Source: Asterionella formosa
Taxonomy: Eukaryota
Direction of reading: 5' to 3'
DNA: 49,652 nucleotides
Assembly: GCA_002256025.1 (NCBI GenBank)
Contig: NKIB01013935.1
Location: forward strand, 1 to 49,652
The notes under the pieces are model-generated. The model was not told the DNA's origin and ran no database searches. It saw nothing but the letters and a program-made list of their open reading frames with translations. This document shows, piece after piece, positions 23,850 to 36,544 of this stretch. The stretch's first letter is position 1, and each line of letters starts with the position of its first letter. The translations under genes were made by a program, and so were the position numbers.

Positions 23850-25830
23850 TTCAACATGACAAAAGCTCCCCTTAACCGCACAGAGGCTTACCCTGCATCC
23901 GTCAACGGTTGTCTCAGTTGCAATCACTTCGTTGACACAATCCCAAGAACCAGTGTCCCTATTACAGTCACTTGCTGGTTACTTCATCCCCAGATTCTTG
24001 CGCATCACTCTCGACTTACTTCTTGTCCCCTTCCTTCCCTAACCCTACCCCCAGCACCACCCTCCAAGAACATTTTGCTCAACTCGCTCCCTGAAGCGGA
24101 AACATTCACTATCCCTCAAATATTCTCGCCCTCATTAATGATATTGTCACCAGTAACTTTCTGATTGCTACTGACGGCTCTGTTTGCTCCCAGCGCGGGT
24201 CCTTCTCATGGATTCTCCATGACCGCGCGCACCAGCGGCAGCCAACTCTATGGTTACAACATGACCACAGGTATGGCCACACTTCTCACCTCTTTCCGCA
24301 CCAAGTGTTGCGGGTATCTGGGAGCACTTTATGCTCTACGCGCCCTCCTTACCTTTGATAAAAAGCAACCTACACATACACCCTCCTCTCACATGGACTG
24401 CATATATAGTAGACAATAAAGCAGGGGGTCATCCTCCGATCAAACTCCCACTCCTTTTCTATTGGGGCTCGCCTTCTCCTTGACTGGGATCTCATTCACA
24501 CAGCCCAGTGTGTTCTACTGATTCTTCCAGTTACACTTGAAGTGGTACATGTGAAGAGCCACCAAGATTCCGGTCCTATCCCATACCCACGCCTCCCTCT
24601 CCCAGCGAAACTAATCATTCAGGCGGATACTCTGACACATACAGCTTACGTTGAACGGCCGCACCCCACAGTTACCCCCACTTCCCCAGAAGTTTTTGTC
24701 ACCCTTTCCCTAAACTCAGTAGCTGTCACCTCCAACCTTCAGGACAAGACACTGCTTCAATACCACACCCCCTCCCTACTTCAGTATTTTCAGGCTACTC
24801 ATGGCTAGTCACGACAAACTGTCCAGACCATCGATTGGCTCTCCTCCTCTCGAGATGTACAGAAGATTTCCTATGGGACCAAACTAGCAATCTTCAAACT
24901 TGTTAATGGCCAATTGACGACATATAAGCAACTACACCGCTGGAGGCCGCAGCAACCAACCACTAGTATCTTTCCTCGTTGCTCCACCTCTTCTCTAGAA
25001 ACACATGATCATGTATTGCAATGCACAACCGCACACGACAAACATGCACTTCACTGGAACCTAGTTCAACACCAGCTCCAACAAACTCTCAAAACACCTC
25101 TCATTATCATCACGGCTCTGGTTTTGGGACTTACCTCTTGGCGTACTTCATGCCCCATTCTCTCGCCATTCCCCATGCCATCCCTAACCGATGCTCTAGC
25201 AGTTTCAGTCTATACTTACCTTCACCCAATAAACCCAGATTGGCCGGAATCAGGTTTTCTGTGGACATCTCTCCCGACCGTGTGCCTTTCCTGGCAGCTC
25301 TACAATTCCCAGAGGTCTCCTTCCAGCCCTTCATCAACTGAGTGTTGGTCCCAACCTAGTATCATCAGGTCCCTCCGCACATACTCAGCAAATCAATGGA
25401 AAGACAGAAATGCCTTTATCCATGATGGTTCCACTCTCCATGCCGCCCGCACATCAAAAGAAGCGCAACGTTCTCATTCCTGCCATAACACTCGCTTACA
25501 GCAAACAGGACTCAGTTCCTTCCGACGAGCAGGGACATGTCTTTGGTCTTCCCCTCTCCCATTGCATTATTCTCCCTCAATCCACACCGGAGGCTTGGCT
25601 CGCCATGTAGAGAGCAGGGCAAACTCGTTTGAAAGGCCAAATAACCCGTTACTACAAACATCAACAGGGCACTATCACCCAATATCAAGTCCAGCGCACC
25701 CAACCTCTCGGACCCACTGATGTTATTTAATTTCACTCTGTATCTGCTGAGGGGCGCTTCTCGCCCAAGTAAGACCCACCAATCTCCACACTAGTCGAGC
25801 TTCATTAACGCATACTCTAAAATTTTGTTA
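23850..25830 (+). mobile_element. Degenerate 3' part of an RNase H-containing LINE (Ambal-like)
   Basis: RNase H motifs IATDGS, SFRTKCCG, DWDLIH, VHVKSHQD and QAD, then TIDW, ETHDHVLQC (decayed CCHC) and QWKDRN. Frameshifted. Confidence 0.85.
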
Positions 25831-26449
25831 TTCCTCTATCTTGGCTTGAACAGGCAAGGGCTCTGCTTCCACAAAATCCGCACAACAGTTAGTCACGTAT
25901 TTGGAACAGCAGTTATTGATCATGAGTAGTAGTAGGTAGCTGTCTGAATCATAGTAGTACTACTAGGGTTGTGGCACGCACATTTAGTAGGCCGGTGGAA
26001 AAATTAGTAGTAGACATACCGAAACCCATTGTAGTCCCTGAGCGTTGATATCGTGCTGTGGGCTTGTAGTGGCAGTGGAATGCGTGGTATTCGGATGGCA
26101 ACCCCATGTTATACCTGTCCGAAGTGTCCGACATGATGACCATCTGCGCACCATGGATCTGCCATTCTAAAACATGATTTAAGGATGTCTGGATTTGCTC
26201 ACACACGTAGCTAGTAGGTGGTTCCATTATCCAGGTACAACATTATTGTCCCGCATTTGGCTTTGGGAATGCAGATAGAATGGTGTTTTCGACCGATAGA
26301 CTAGTGTCTATGGTACACAAAAAGACCATGACCAAAACCACTGACAAAATCAAGCATGGCGACATGCATGCTTGCATAGATGCACAAGATAACTCGACAC
26401 AAAAGTAATGTAGGTTGAACTATTTATATTGGTCATCACTCCCCGGCCA

Positions 26450-27240
26450 CTTTCCTAGCCAGTCACAGATGTCTCATCCTCCGTCTGGTTGGATTCTTCA
26501 TCGTTTTATTGCGCTCCTCCATAATGCTGACCGGTGCGTTGGAAAGGGCAATAGCGTCATTTGCCTTACTACCCTGTGGCTTCTTGGTACCTTTCGTCAT
26601 GGTAGGGATGGCTGCTAGTAAATTGAGGTTGCACTCCTTGGCGGTATACACTGTCCATGAAGCATGGTTGGTGCACCAATGATACTCCTTAGTTTTCACC
26701 GTCTTGGTTTTTCACCTCGTTGTTTTCGGATGGCACAAGTTTTCAGGCCCATTTCTTGGACAGCTTAGCCATGTAAGCACATTCCTTTTTGTCTCTCTTG
26801 TATCCTTCACAGGCTTGTTGGTCTTGAAATATTCCAATTTCGCTATGAGTGCGCCTCCAACTTACAAGCTTCTTTCGCAGATGGTAAATTCAATTTCTTA
26901 GACTCCACGAGCATCTTAAATTTATTTAGGGCCAGGTCCATCAAGGAGTCCACATCAAAATCAACTCGTCCGTCGTGATACTGACCCTGCTGACCAATCA
27001 TGCATGTATTCATGGAAAACTTTGTCCACCATGGCTTTGTACGCCGTAAATAGATTCGTCAAGAAGAGGTCGGAAGACGTTTCCCCACGAGACATAAGCG
27101 CGTCACGTTGCATGCGAGCACGTAGGTTACATTTTTCAATGTTGCAGTCCATGGATAGCATATATTCATCCAAGACTGCCGCTAAGGGTATGGCAAGGGA
27201 AATAATTGCAATTGTTGGGTTTGACTCCCACACTACTTAC
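26450..27240 (-). pseudogene. Degenerate LTR-retrotransposon gag (diatom Copia-type)
   Basis: LDEYMLSMDCNIEKCN...LMSRGETSSDLFLTNLFTAYK and KEYHWCTNHASWTVYTAKEC resemble diatom Copia gag and its Cys/His knuckle (recognised from memory of the family). Confidence 0.7.
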
Positions 27241-29164
27241 CGTTCCGCATGATCTTGCCTAATGTGCAAGAAATAGTGGGTTGCCCCCCCCCCCTACAAG
27301 CAGCTTGTGCCGCCTTCCTAGCCGGTCGGAGTTTCCTCTAACGCTGCGGCTAAGATGATCACCTTTCGCAAAAGGTGGTTGGGTACTCACCTATGCTAAC
27401 AATAACTAGGAAGAAAGCACAGGCGTTGTTGGCAGGCAGCACAATGAAAGACTTGCCTAGAAATAGGGGAGTAAAAATGGGCTATAAAACATACTATCCT
27501 TTTTTAATATGTACTAAAACAAAATTTATTTCACTTATCGAATAATTAGCTAGCTATGCTGTGTGTGGTGTTAGCAACAATATTTTTTTACCAATCTGGT
27601 CTCAACACATTTAAATAGAAAGTCACTAATTTCTATTCAATTTTTTATTTTCACGCTTACACATGTTTCTTTGATATCAAGTTTTAAAAACCCCGATTTG
27701 TCAGTGCTGACCTACATTCTTGACGACTTCACAAATTGCCAGTACAATCAGTAGATTCTCAGTTGGCTCATAAATAGCAATTTTCGTGGAGATTTCCGCT
27801 TTTTTCGTCATGGTCAAGGCTGAAACAACATGATACAGGATGCTCCAACCAATCACAACGACCGCACTCTAGTGGCCCTTGGTTTGTAGATGTAAAAGAA
27901 TCGCATTATCTCAGCTAAAAAGAAATAAACAACTTTAGCGCTTACTAGTAGTAGGGATACCTTGGGTATGGCTGGTACCCCACCACATGTACTATTTTCC
28001 TTATGTATCAATTATTACTGGTGGTTGAAGGATCGTAAATTGGTGATCCTCAGGGTATACATGTACAACACTTCAGACCACGCCAGTATTTTTATGTGTT
28101 CATTTTACTGTGGTCTGGTACATTTTTTCTATTTGTAAATAAGCACAACTGTGTCCGCGCCCATTTTTAATTGATTGAATATTATTTCAGCATCATCATC
28201 TCTCCTTGTGCCCCCACATAATTGAAAAATCATGCCAATAGGAAAAGTGACAATGACAATGATGGCTTCTGTGTGGTAAGCTTGACACAATGGTTCTTCG
28301 TTCTGAGCTTCTTCCTTTCACACCTATACATCCTTTCTAATTTATAGACTCTCATGACTAAACATTCAATGTTCTTGCCTAACTGCTGGTACTTTTAATC
28401 ATTCGCTATTTTCATCATGGTCAATGCTGCTGCGACAACATGATGATGGAGGATTCTCCAGCCGCTTGCAACTAGGCGACTACCAGTGTGTATTGAGTAT
28501 CATAGTTATAGCTACTACAGTATGATTACATACATAGGTTGTAGGTGACTGTGCGTGATGGCAGCGCGCAGCATTGAAATGATGACGTCACAATAAGCAA
28601 AATTGCTATGCATTGAATCCGTTCGACATATTCAAATCATTTAATATATTTATTTAGAATCTACATAGCTACATACTCCGATCGACGACTATGTGTCATG
28701 TATATGACCCGGCGGCTTGCCAAATATTTGAAAGTGCACTCAAGGAGCGGTATGCGTATGTCCAATGATGATCATCTACTGGTACCCGTCGTGAATATAG
28801 CACCGGACTGTCAGTACACCCAAGAAAATGTTACATGTTTATCCAATGTGGCCGGCATGGGTTTGCAAGACCTCGCAAACCAGGTCAATCAAACAGAGGA
28901 ACGTAGTAATTCACGTTCACCAATCATATTATATATGTGGAAGCGGGCACTTACAATGGAATTTTTTGGATAGGAGATTTTAGGACTAAAAATTCCGGCA
29001 CACGACTACCATTCCGATGATGACGTTTCGGCACTTAATAATTCTGATTCCGATATTTTGGCGACTGTAGAAAAGGCCGATTTTGTCGAGTTTTTGGATG
29101 ACGATAGCTATACGTTGGCTGGGTCTGACGGCGATTTAGATACATAGGTAACTTTCAAATAGCA

Positions 29165-29321
29165 TCAGTATATAACTTCTGGTGAGAAACTGCAGAAAGG
29201 AACTTCGGTTTTTTACTATTCCAACAAATAAACAGATTTCCCCCGAGTTTTCGAGCCTTTTTGGCATAGTTAAAAAGCCGAAGTTCCTTTCTGCAGTTTC
29301 TGACCAGATCCTATATACTGA
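29165..29321. repeat. Long inverted repeat (arms about 60 bp, spacer 36 bp)
   Basis: Arms 29165-29224 and 29261-29321 with a perfect 24-bp core AGAAACTGCAGAAAGGAACTTCGG. Confidence 0.92.
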
Positions 29322-29779
29322 CGATATATCGAGTGGACCTACACCCCCGCCCCTACTTTGTCCGAAGACTGTATTTAAGCATATGGAAAGGGTGTCTATT
29401 GGTGAAAGCTCCGTTGAGCGTTATATATATTTGATTTATATTTGGAGAGTATGGTGTTGATTAGTCTGACTCAATTTTTTTTAACCCTACCTCGAGCTAG
29501 GGGTTCAAATGCAGCAACCTTAAGCAAACCTATTTTAAGCAAAACTGTCCTACATTACTAAGTAAAACAAATGAGAAGCAAATGGCAGAATAAGCAAAAC
29601 AGATTGGTGTCAATATTTAGGCTAAATCAGATTAAAGCTAAATATATATAGTAACAACAAGCCGGTCGGGTTGGTTTACTAAACGGATATCAGAAGAGAC
29701 ACAAGTACCGGTATTAATTTTTTGCCGGTACGAAGTCGTACGTGGAACTATATGTAGCAGAATTACCGCAACTTGCTGT

Positions 29780-29840
29780 TACCAGGTACCAGGTACCTGG
29801 TAGCACCTGTGGAGTACCTGGTACCTGGTACCTGGTACCA
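29780..29840. repeat. GTACCWG heptamer tandem cluster
   Basis: TACCAGGTACCAGGTACCTGGTA...TACCTGGTACCTGGTACCTGGTACC. Similar clusters at 30047, 34203, 34428 and 39285. Confidence 0.9.
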
Positions 29841-30270
29841 GTTATTGGCGTTGTAGATTAGTATACTTACTTGCATGCGTTTTAGTTGACCTCTGATTAC
29901 TTCTCTACATACCGGTACTCAAAGGGTTTTGGGTCGCTTCTCGACTGAACAATTTTCTATTTAGTCCAAAAACGGGTCGTTGTACCAGTACTGGTACGTG
30001 GCTTCTCAAGGAGTTTTTGACTCGTACCTGGCACCCCCCCCCCTTGTACCAGGTACCTGGTACCACCGATACCTGTTGCAAGTTGCGGTAATTGTGCTGA
30101 AACTAAACCTTCAGCTATCTTTATCCCACATATTAAATCGAGTCATTCACATATTAAATCGAGAGCAAAATGACCGCAACGACTTGACTGTTACCTGATA
30201 CTGTACCACTGTTTACAATACTGCATGCATTCTTTTTATGATTGTAGAAATACTTCTAGCATAAGAGACC

Positions 30271-31714
30271 ATGTCGAGTCACCATGCTGAAAAGACGGAA
30301 TACGAACTCCACTCACTTTCACTAGCCTTTCAGACCTATCTTAGACATGATAAAAGCGAGAGATCGCACTGGGAAGATGTATGCAATGCTTATCGTCAAT
30401 ATGCAATGTTTGCTTTATGCCAATGGGCCAATCAACGCCATCGAATAGCTGCCTTGCCTGAGTCCCAAAGGAACTTGCTCCCTAAAGGTCTCAAAGACAC
30501 AATCGAGGGAGAAACAAGATTTACCAACTTCAAGGATTCGGCCATTCGGAATCAATTCTGTCTGGATTGCATACTTCGCCATGCAGGTATGCCTCACTCG
30601 CAGCAAATTGAGGAAGCAACGACAGCGATTGTGGCCGATGATCAGATTTCAAAGGTTTCTTCGGTGCTCAAGAGTCTTGCAAGAGATTGGTCACTTGAAG
30701 GAAAGCTAGAACGAGATCTGGCCTATGTTCCGCTTATTAAACAAGTGAAAGCATACGTGCCTCTTCTCAAATCGTGCGACGACCTACCCAAGATATGTGT
30801 GCCAGGTGCAGGTATGTTCCAAGTGATGATCAAGTGTGATATTTTCTTTGCACCGTGCTTTGTTGCTCACAAAGCGATATTTCGTATCATCAGGTGTTGG
30901 TCGTTTGGCTTTTGAATTATTTTCTATGGGATATACCGTCCAAGGGAATGAGTTTTCATTGTTTATGCTGCTTGCGTCTGATTTTGTCCTTAATAGCGAA
31001 ATTTGTAACCCCTCGCGTCCAATGGTAATATCGCCATGGCTGCTTGAGAGCCGCAATGTGCATTCATGTAGAGATCCTGTGCGGTAAGTTTTGATCTGAA
31101 AACACAATCATGTACCCTTTTTGCGCCATGTCGTTGTCTCATTCTGCAACACAACGGCTTATAGGAAAGTTCATTTTCCAGATGTAGACCCAACTGCAAT
31201 TCTTCGCACAAGCCCCGACGAAACTCAACCAGATTTTTCAATGGCAGCTGGTGAATTCAGTTCCATCTATGGACATCCTCGAGAGGCTTCGCAGTGGGAT
31301 GCTGTTGTATGTTGTTTCTTCCTTGATGCAACACCTAACATAGTGGAATGCATTCAAATTATTCATCAAATGCTAAAAGACAATGGGGTACTCATTAATT
31401 TTGGCCCATTACTCTACCATTGGTCGGGCCCCGCAATGAGGCCAGATGACAGGACCAATGCACATTATCAATCACGTTTCTCTAACCTTGACAAGCGATA
31501 CCTAGCAAGTATAGACCTGTCATGGGAAGACGTGAGAGAAATTTTAATGAATGTCGGCTTTGAACTTGTTGTAGAAGAAGTTGGTATTCCTTCCTTATAT
31601 ACTGCTGACCGAAAATCAATGTTGAATATGGCTTACCGCTGCATACATTTTGTGGCTCGCAAGAGGACAAAAATCCAATGTGATGAAAAAGTCACAAGCC
31701 TCGGTGCTGGCTAG
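30271..31714 (+). CDS. CARNMT1: Carnosine N-methyltransferase-like protein (N2227 family), 3 exons, 426 aa
   Basis: Exons 30271-30811, 30894-31083 and 31165-31714 with GT-AG introns join in frame to give SLARDWSLEG, VPGAGVGRLAFE, QGNEFSLFML, AGEF, FFLDAT and NFGPLLYHW. Confidence 0.92.
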
Positions 31715-31862
31715 TGTAGTTGAGGGCCACAGCATCAAATTAGCGTCGTAGCTTTTTGACCGGATATGATGAGGCAGACAATTTTATCCTTAGTAGAAGC
31801 CATGTTAGCATCCAGCACAACAGAAATTTACTCCTTCAGGTAAACCTCTTACAGGGAATTGC

Positions 31863-33698
31863 CTATTCCTTGATCTTGCCTCCTCCAAGGCGGACTACCT
31901 CCTCCCTTGCCTTGTCTTTTTTGCTCTTTTTATGACTTTTAATACCACCATTCATACGATCGTGGTCCAGTCCACGAGTGGAGTGCTGGGTTCCAGGAAC
32001 AGAGATGCGAGAGGCATCTGCTTTCATTTTCCAATCGTCTTCATTGGGTTCAAAGCCTTTCAAGGTCTCTCTGTCTATGGGCTTGGCTAGGTGACGCGCT
32101 TCAATCAATTCAAGGTGGCCCTCGCTCGACGGAGTGACAAAGGTCATTGCCGTACCAGGACTCCCTGCACGACCTGTCCGACCTACTCGGTGAACAAAAT
32201 CAGCAGTAGATCTAGGAAGGTCGTAGTTCACGACCGCGGGAAGGCCTACAACATCCAAACCTCGACTCGCAACATCAGTAGCCAACAAAACTCTGGTGCG
32301 GCCTTTGATAAAAGCGTTTAGTCGACGCGCTCTAGCATTCTGGTCCAACTTTCCGTGCAGTTCTGCGCTTTCAATACCAGCCTTACGAAGTTTGTTAGCC
32401 ACATGCTCTGCTCCATATCGAGTTGCAACGAAGACCAAAACGCGATCCCACTCTGGGTGATCATTCAACAACTTCCGAAGTGCCAGTGTTCTCTGTGTTT
32501 GGTCAAGTCGCACCGAACGAAGCTGAATAGTTGAAGCTGGTCCAACTTGCTGAAGCTGGTGAGCATCGCTTCCACGCTCTAATCTTCTCTGCAGTGAAGC
32601 AGATACTTCTTCGTTTACGAGCCTATCTGAATTCGAACAGGAGATTCGAAGCATATTTTCGCCTTCCTCACCCCCAAGGCGCTTCAGGATGAAGTTGACG
32701 CGTGGTTCGATTTGCTTGGGGAAAGTAGCCGAAAACAGCCAAGTCTTGATAGATTTCGCATTTTCAAGTAAAATGTCGAGGCATTCATCAACTTCGGACT
32801 TGAATGCCTGACCGAGGAGTTTGTCTGCTTCATCAACGACCAAGGTATCAACTCCTTTGAGCAACTCCTTTATCGAATTTCTACCATCATCATCAATTCT
32901 GTCGAGTTCCAGGTCTTGGATTTGAGATAGTGACAATGTGCTATCGCCCTTGCCTTTGCTATCAAGGGCATCCAATAGTCGACGTTCCAATGCCGAATCA
33001 CTAGCATCACCATTGCTATCATCGTCATAGTGTGTTAGAACGTCCACCAGCCGTCCAGGAGTTGCAATCAAGACATCTATAGTCGTTCCAAGGCGATTTG
33101 CGTTCGACAAAGTAACGATTTGTGCGTCCAGTGGTACACCACCGTAAATCACAACAATATTCCATGCCTTCTTGCCACCAACGTTGCGGCTGAGATTTTC
33201 GAAGACGCGGCCAATTTGAACTGCAAGTTCACGAGTAGGGCAAAGGATCAAAGAGGCAATACCTGTACCTTGTCGTGTCGACAGTTTTTGCAGTAAAGGT
33301 AACGCATATGCAGCTGTTTTTCCTGAACCTGTCGGTGCTTCGCACCAGAAAGACTTGCGATTCGAGGTTAAAATCTCTGGAATAGCGAGCTGCTGAATAG
33401 GAGTTGGTTGTTTCCATCCCGGTTGAGCTCGAACGGCTGTGAGAATATCTTTTGACAGTCCAAGTGTTTCAAACGACGATTTTTTTGGGGTTGCTAATGA
33501 CTGTTGCTCGCTGTCGCCCTCGGTAATTCTCCCGATATCATCTTCGTCGCTAAAGGCAACATGCTTCTTCAACCTGAGCTGGGAGCTAAGATTTCTAAAA
33601 TCAGGACAACGATGCGACCGAACAAGTGACATTCCACAAGATTTCTCCACAAAGAAGAAACCTAGAGCCGATAATGCTCCGATGGTTGAAGCCCTCAT
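31863..33698 (-). CDS. DEAD-box ATP-dependent RNA helicase (RhlE-like), possible N-terminal signal/transit peptide
   Basis: Q motif, GSGKT, PTRELA, TPGRL, DEAD, SAT, RGLD and HRVGRTGRAG all present in a 611-aa intronless ORF. Hydrophobic N-terminus. Confidence 0.95.
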   Translation of the reverse strand: MRASTIGALSALGFFFVEKSCGMSLVRSHRCPDFRNLSSQLRLKKHVAFSDEDDIGRITEGDSEQQSLATPKKSSFETLGLSKDILTAVRAQPGWKQPTPIQQLAIPEILTSNRKSFWCEAPTGSGKTAAYALPLLQKLSTRQGTGIASLILCPTRELAVQIGRVFENLSRNVGGKKAWNIVVIYGGVPLDAQIVTLSNANRLGTTIDVLIATPGRLVDVLTHYDDDSNGDASDSALERRLLDALDSKGKGDSTLSLSQIQDLELDRIDDDGRNSIKELLKGVDTLVVDEADKLLGQAFKSEVDECLDILLENAKSIKTWLFSATFPKQIEPRVNFILKRLGGEEGENMLRISCSNSDRLVNEEVSASLQRRLERGSDAHQLQQVGPASTIQLRSVRLDQTQRTLALRKLLNDHPEWDRVLVFVATRYGAEHVANKLRKAGIESAELHGKLDQNARARRLNAFIKGRTRVLLATDVASRGLDVVGLPAVVNYDLPRSTADFVHRVGRTGRAGSPGTAMTFVTPSSEGHLELIEARHLAKPIDRETLKGFEPNEDDWKMKADASRISVPGTQHSTRGLDHDRMNGGIKSHKKSKKDKAREEVVRLGGGKIKE

Positions 33699-34202
33699 GG
33701 TGTTTCGCAGTCAAAAAGGTGGATGCCGATGGTCCCTGTGGGTTTATGTGTAGCGCCTGGCTGATAGTAGAGTTACTATCGGGTAGAAGGGGCCTTTCCT
33801 TCTGAATGATGATGCTTTAGGATTTACTGATAAACTGGGCTCGGGCGTGTGAAGTGACTACCGGTAGTAATGTGCCAGATTCATCCTCGGCTCATGCTTC
33901 GTTGATGGCTGATTTACCAGTATACATATACGGTAGCTCATGGAGTTACGAACTTCTTGTGTGAAATTTTTGATTGGTCTTGAGAGGCCCGAAATAAGAA
34001 TAGGGCAAATTTGAGCTGCATATTTTTGTTATATCGAACTTCTCTCTGGTATGTTCCAGTACGGGGTTACAGGAAATGAAAGAATATGGAAAATAATGGC
34101 AACTACTAACATAATTTAATTTTGAATCATTACTGTGTAATATTTCGAAATACAACACTTCGTATGGATCATTTCTTTCGACTCCCCCGGAGTGGACTAG
34201 TT

Positions 34203-34233
34203 TACCAGGTACCAGGTACCAGGTACCAGGTAC
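34203..34233. repeat. (TACCAGG)4 tandem repeat
   Basis: Read directly from the sequence. Confidence 0.95.
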
Positions 34234-35229
34234 GGGTGCAAGGGTACTGGTACCGTACCAGCAATGCAAGCAAGTTGCGGCCATTCATTGTTCTGTTCCT
34301 GAAACTGACAAAGTGTCGCCGGACAGGTGCTAATTTCATTTTTTATATAGAAAACGTCTTCAATAAATAGCTAGATTCCTTCTGATATGCATAATGATCC
34401 TACTGGCGGGTGAACGTGAATACAGACTACCTGGTACCTGGTACTCACCAGATTGGCCGGTGCCGGCATCGATATGCTGGTACATTTGTATTCTCCAAAG
34501 TCCAGAGTAGCCGGTAGTAGTACTGGTAATTAGTAAAAGCACCTCCACTGTTCAAGTATTACCTTTTTGATAGATACATATCATTCGAACAAAGAAGACT
34601 ATAGATAGAGACATTCGTTTCTCTTTCCATTTCTATATTCTTATTGTGCGTTTACTAATCTAGTTTAGGTTGTTCTGTTTGAACAAACAAACGAACTATT
34701 CTCCAAATGCTGTTTGCATTTCTAGAAACATACAATCATATTTAGACCCACCATGTGTATCTCACACTTACTGATCATAGGTTTTTAACCATGATCATTC
34801 ATTTTCAAACTATCGGTCTTCCGAAGCAGCTTATATTGTCTGGCTCATTTAAGCCGGAGTAACAAGGTTGAACGTGTGGTTGATGAGCACTTGGTACATA
34901 AAAGTTGACTCAATCGAATCATTTGACTCATTTGACTGTGAGTCATAACTATGTAGATGAGCTCACTTTAACACTCCACCACATCGACCAAACACCAAAG
35001 CCAATTGCAGTTGAAAATATCAAAACACGTCACTTGGTTGAGAAGCTTTTTATCAAAAGTCGAAGTTTTCATATTTTTTCCCACCGCATTGACCAAATCC
35101 TAAAATAGTCAAATCTCACGCTCAAACTTTTAGCAAATAGAAATACTAGAGCTATATTATCTTGTATGTGTATCGTTGATATAGTGATTGGTACTACTAT
35201 ATATATACACAAAATGAAACAATGAGCAA

Positions 35230-36437
35230 CGATAGCAACTCATCAGATGATGATTGCCTCTACCATTTCCACAAAATGCATTCTTGTTGTCAACAAGAAT
35301 GAAGTGAGAACGACACAAAGAAAAATCAAAGTAGGGGGGGGGGGAGGTTCCAAGGTTGGCAAGGCTACTAACATGAATCGTTTTTGTGCAAAGTACAAGA
35401 AGCTGTTGAAAAATGACTATTTCGAAGACAACCCGATCCACTCTCCTGCATTTTTAGGAGGCGCTTCCAGATGCGCCGCATCAAAAGTTTACTTCAGCGC
35501 TTCTTCGAATGTTGGCTTATGGAACTTCGGCGGATCAGCTGGACGATCTCACAAGAATGACTGAATCTACCGTACTCCGCAACCTAAAAGTGTTTTGTTA
35601 CTCAATAATCAGCAGGAGGTAGTAGTATGGCACAGAATATTTGCGAGCTCCTCCTACTACAAAGGATGACATGGAAATGATTTTACGTCTCCATGAGGAA
35701 GCAAAGGGTTGGCCAGGACTTCTTGGTTCATTGGACGTGATGCAGTGGGAATGGAAGAATTGTCCCAAGGCACACAGAGGAGCATCTCAAGGAAAATATG
35801 GAGTGGATACTGTTCAGCTTTGGAAGCTGCTGTTGATTGTAGACTTTGGTTCTGGCATGCATGGTTGTTAGGAATGCCAGGTGCTAACAACGATCTCAAT
35901 ATTTTGGATAGTTATCTGTTTCTCCAGGATGTGACAGCTGGATTGACTACTGCTGTCAACTTCACAATCAACAACAAAACACAATCAAAGTTACTATTTG
36001 GTTGATGGCATCTATCCAGATTGGCACATTTTCGTAAAAACAACTTTGGAGCCATAAGGTGCAAAGTGTGCATATTTTGCAATGCTTCAAGAGGCCCAAC
36101 AACGCAAGGACGTAGAGCGAGCATTTGGTGTGCTACAGGCAAGGTGGAGGATCCTGTAACTTCTTTGCAAGCTTTGGTCAATAGGTGATATGAATCATTT
36201 CATCATTGCATGTATCATAGTACTACACAACATGATTATAGAAGATGAGTGGATACACAACAAACAAACGAATATTTTTTTGATAAAATTCAGGATGGCT
36301 TTTTGGTTGACGATGTGAATCGCGACAACGTGCATATTTTTATAGATTTCAAAGCAATTAGAATGAACTACATGAATGAAGGTGAGCACTACCAATTGGA
36401 TTTGATCGAGCACTTGTGGACTCAAAAGGATAAATAA
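35230..36437 (+). pseudogene. PIF/Harbinger DDE transposase, frameshifted
   Basis: GWPGLLGSLDVMQWEWKNCP, GMPGANNDLNILD, LVDGIYPDW, RKDVERAFGVLQARWRIL and LHNMIIEDE. Confidence 0.92.
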
Positions 36438-36544
36438 AATATAGCATTTTGATTTCTAAATTAAATTAATTGACACCTATGTTCTTATAAATCGGAAACA
36501 TTGAAATTATGCTAGAAGAATAATTGATAATCAAATTATTTTAA

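Noticed and set aside
28698..29150. Small Cys-containing gene remnant
   Set aside because: Frames are broken and no family is recognisable.
33806..33912. Box C/D snoRNA (ATGATGA...CTGA)
   Set aside because: No terminal stem and no recognisable rRNA guide sequence.
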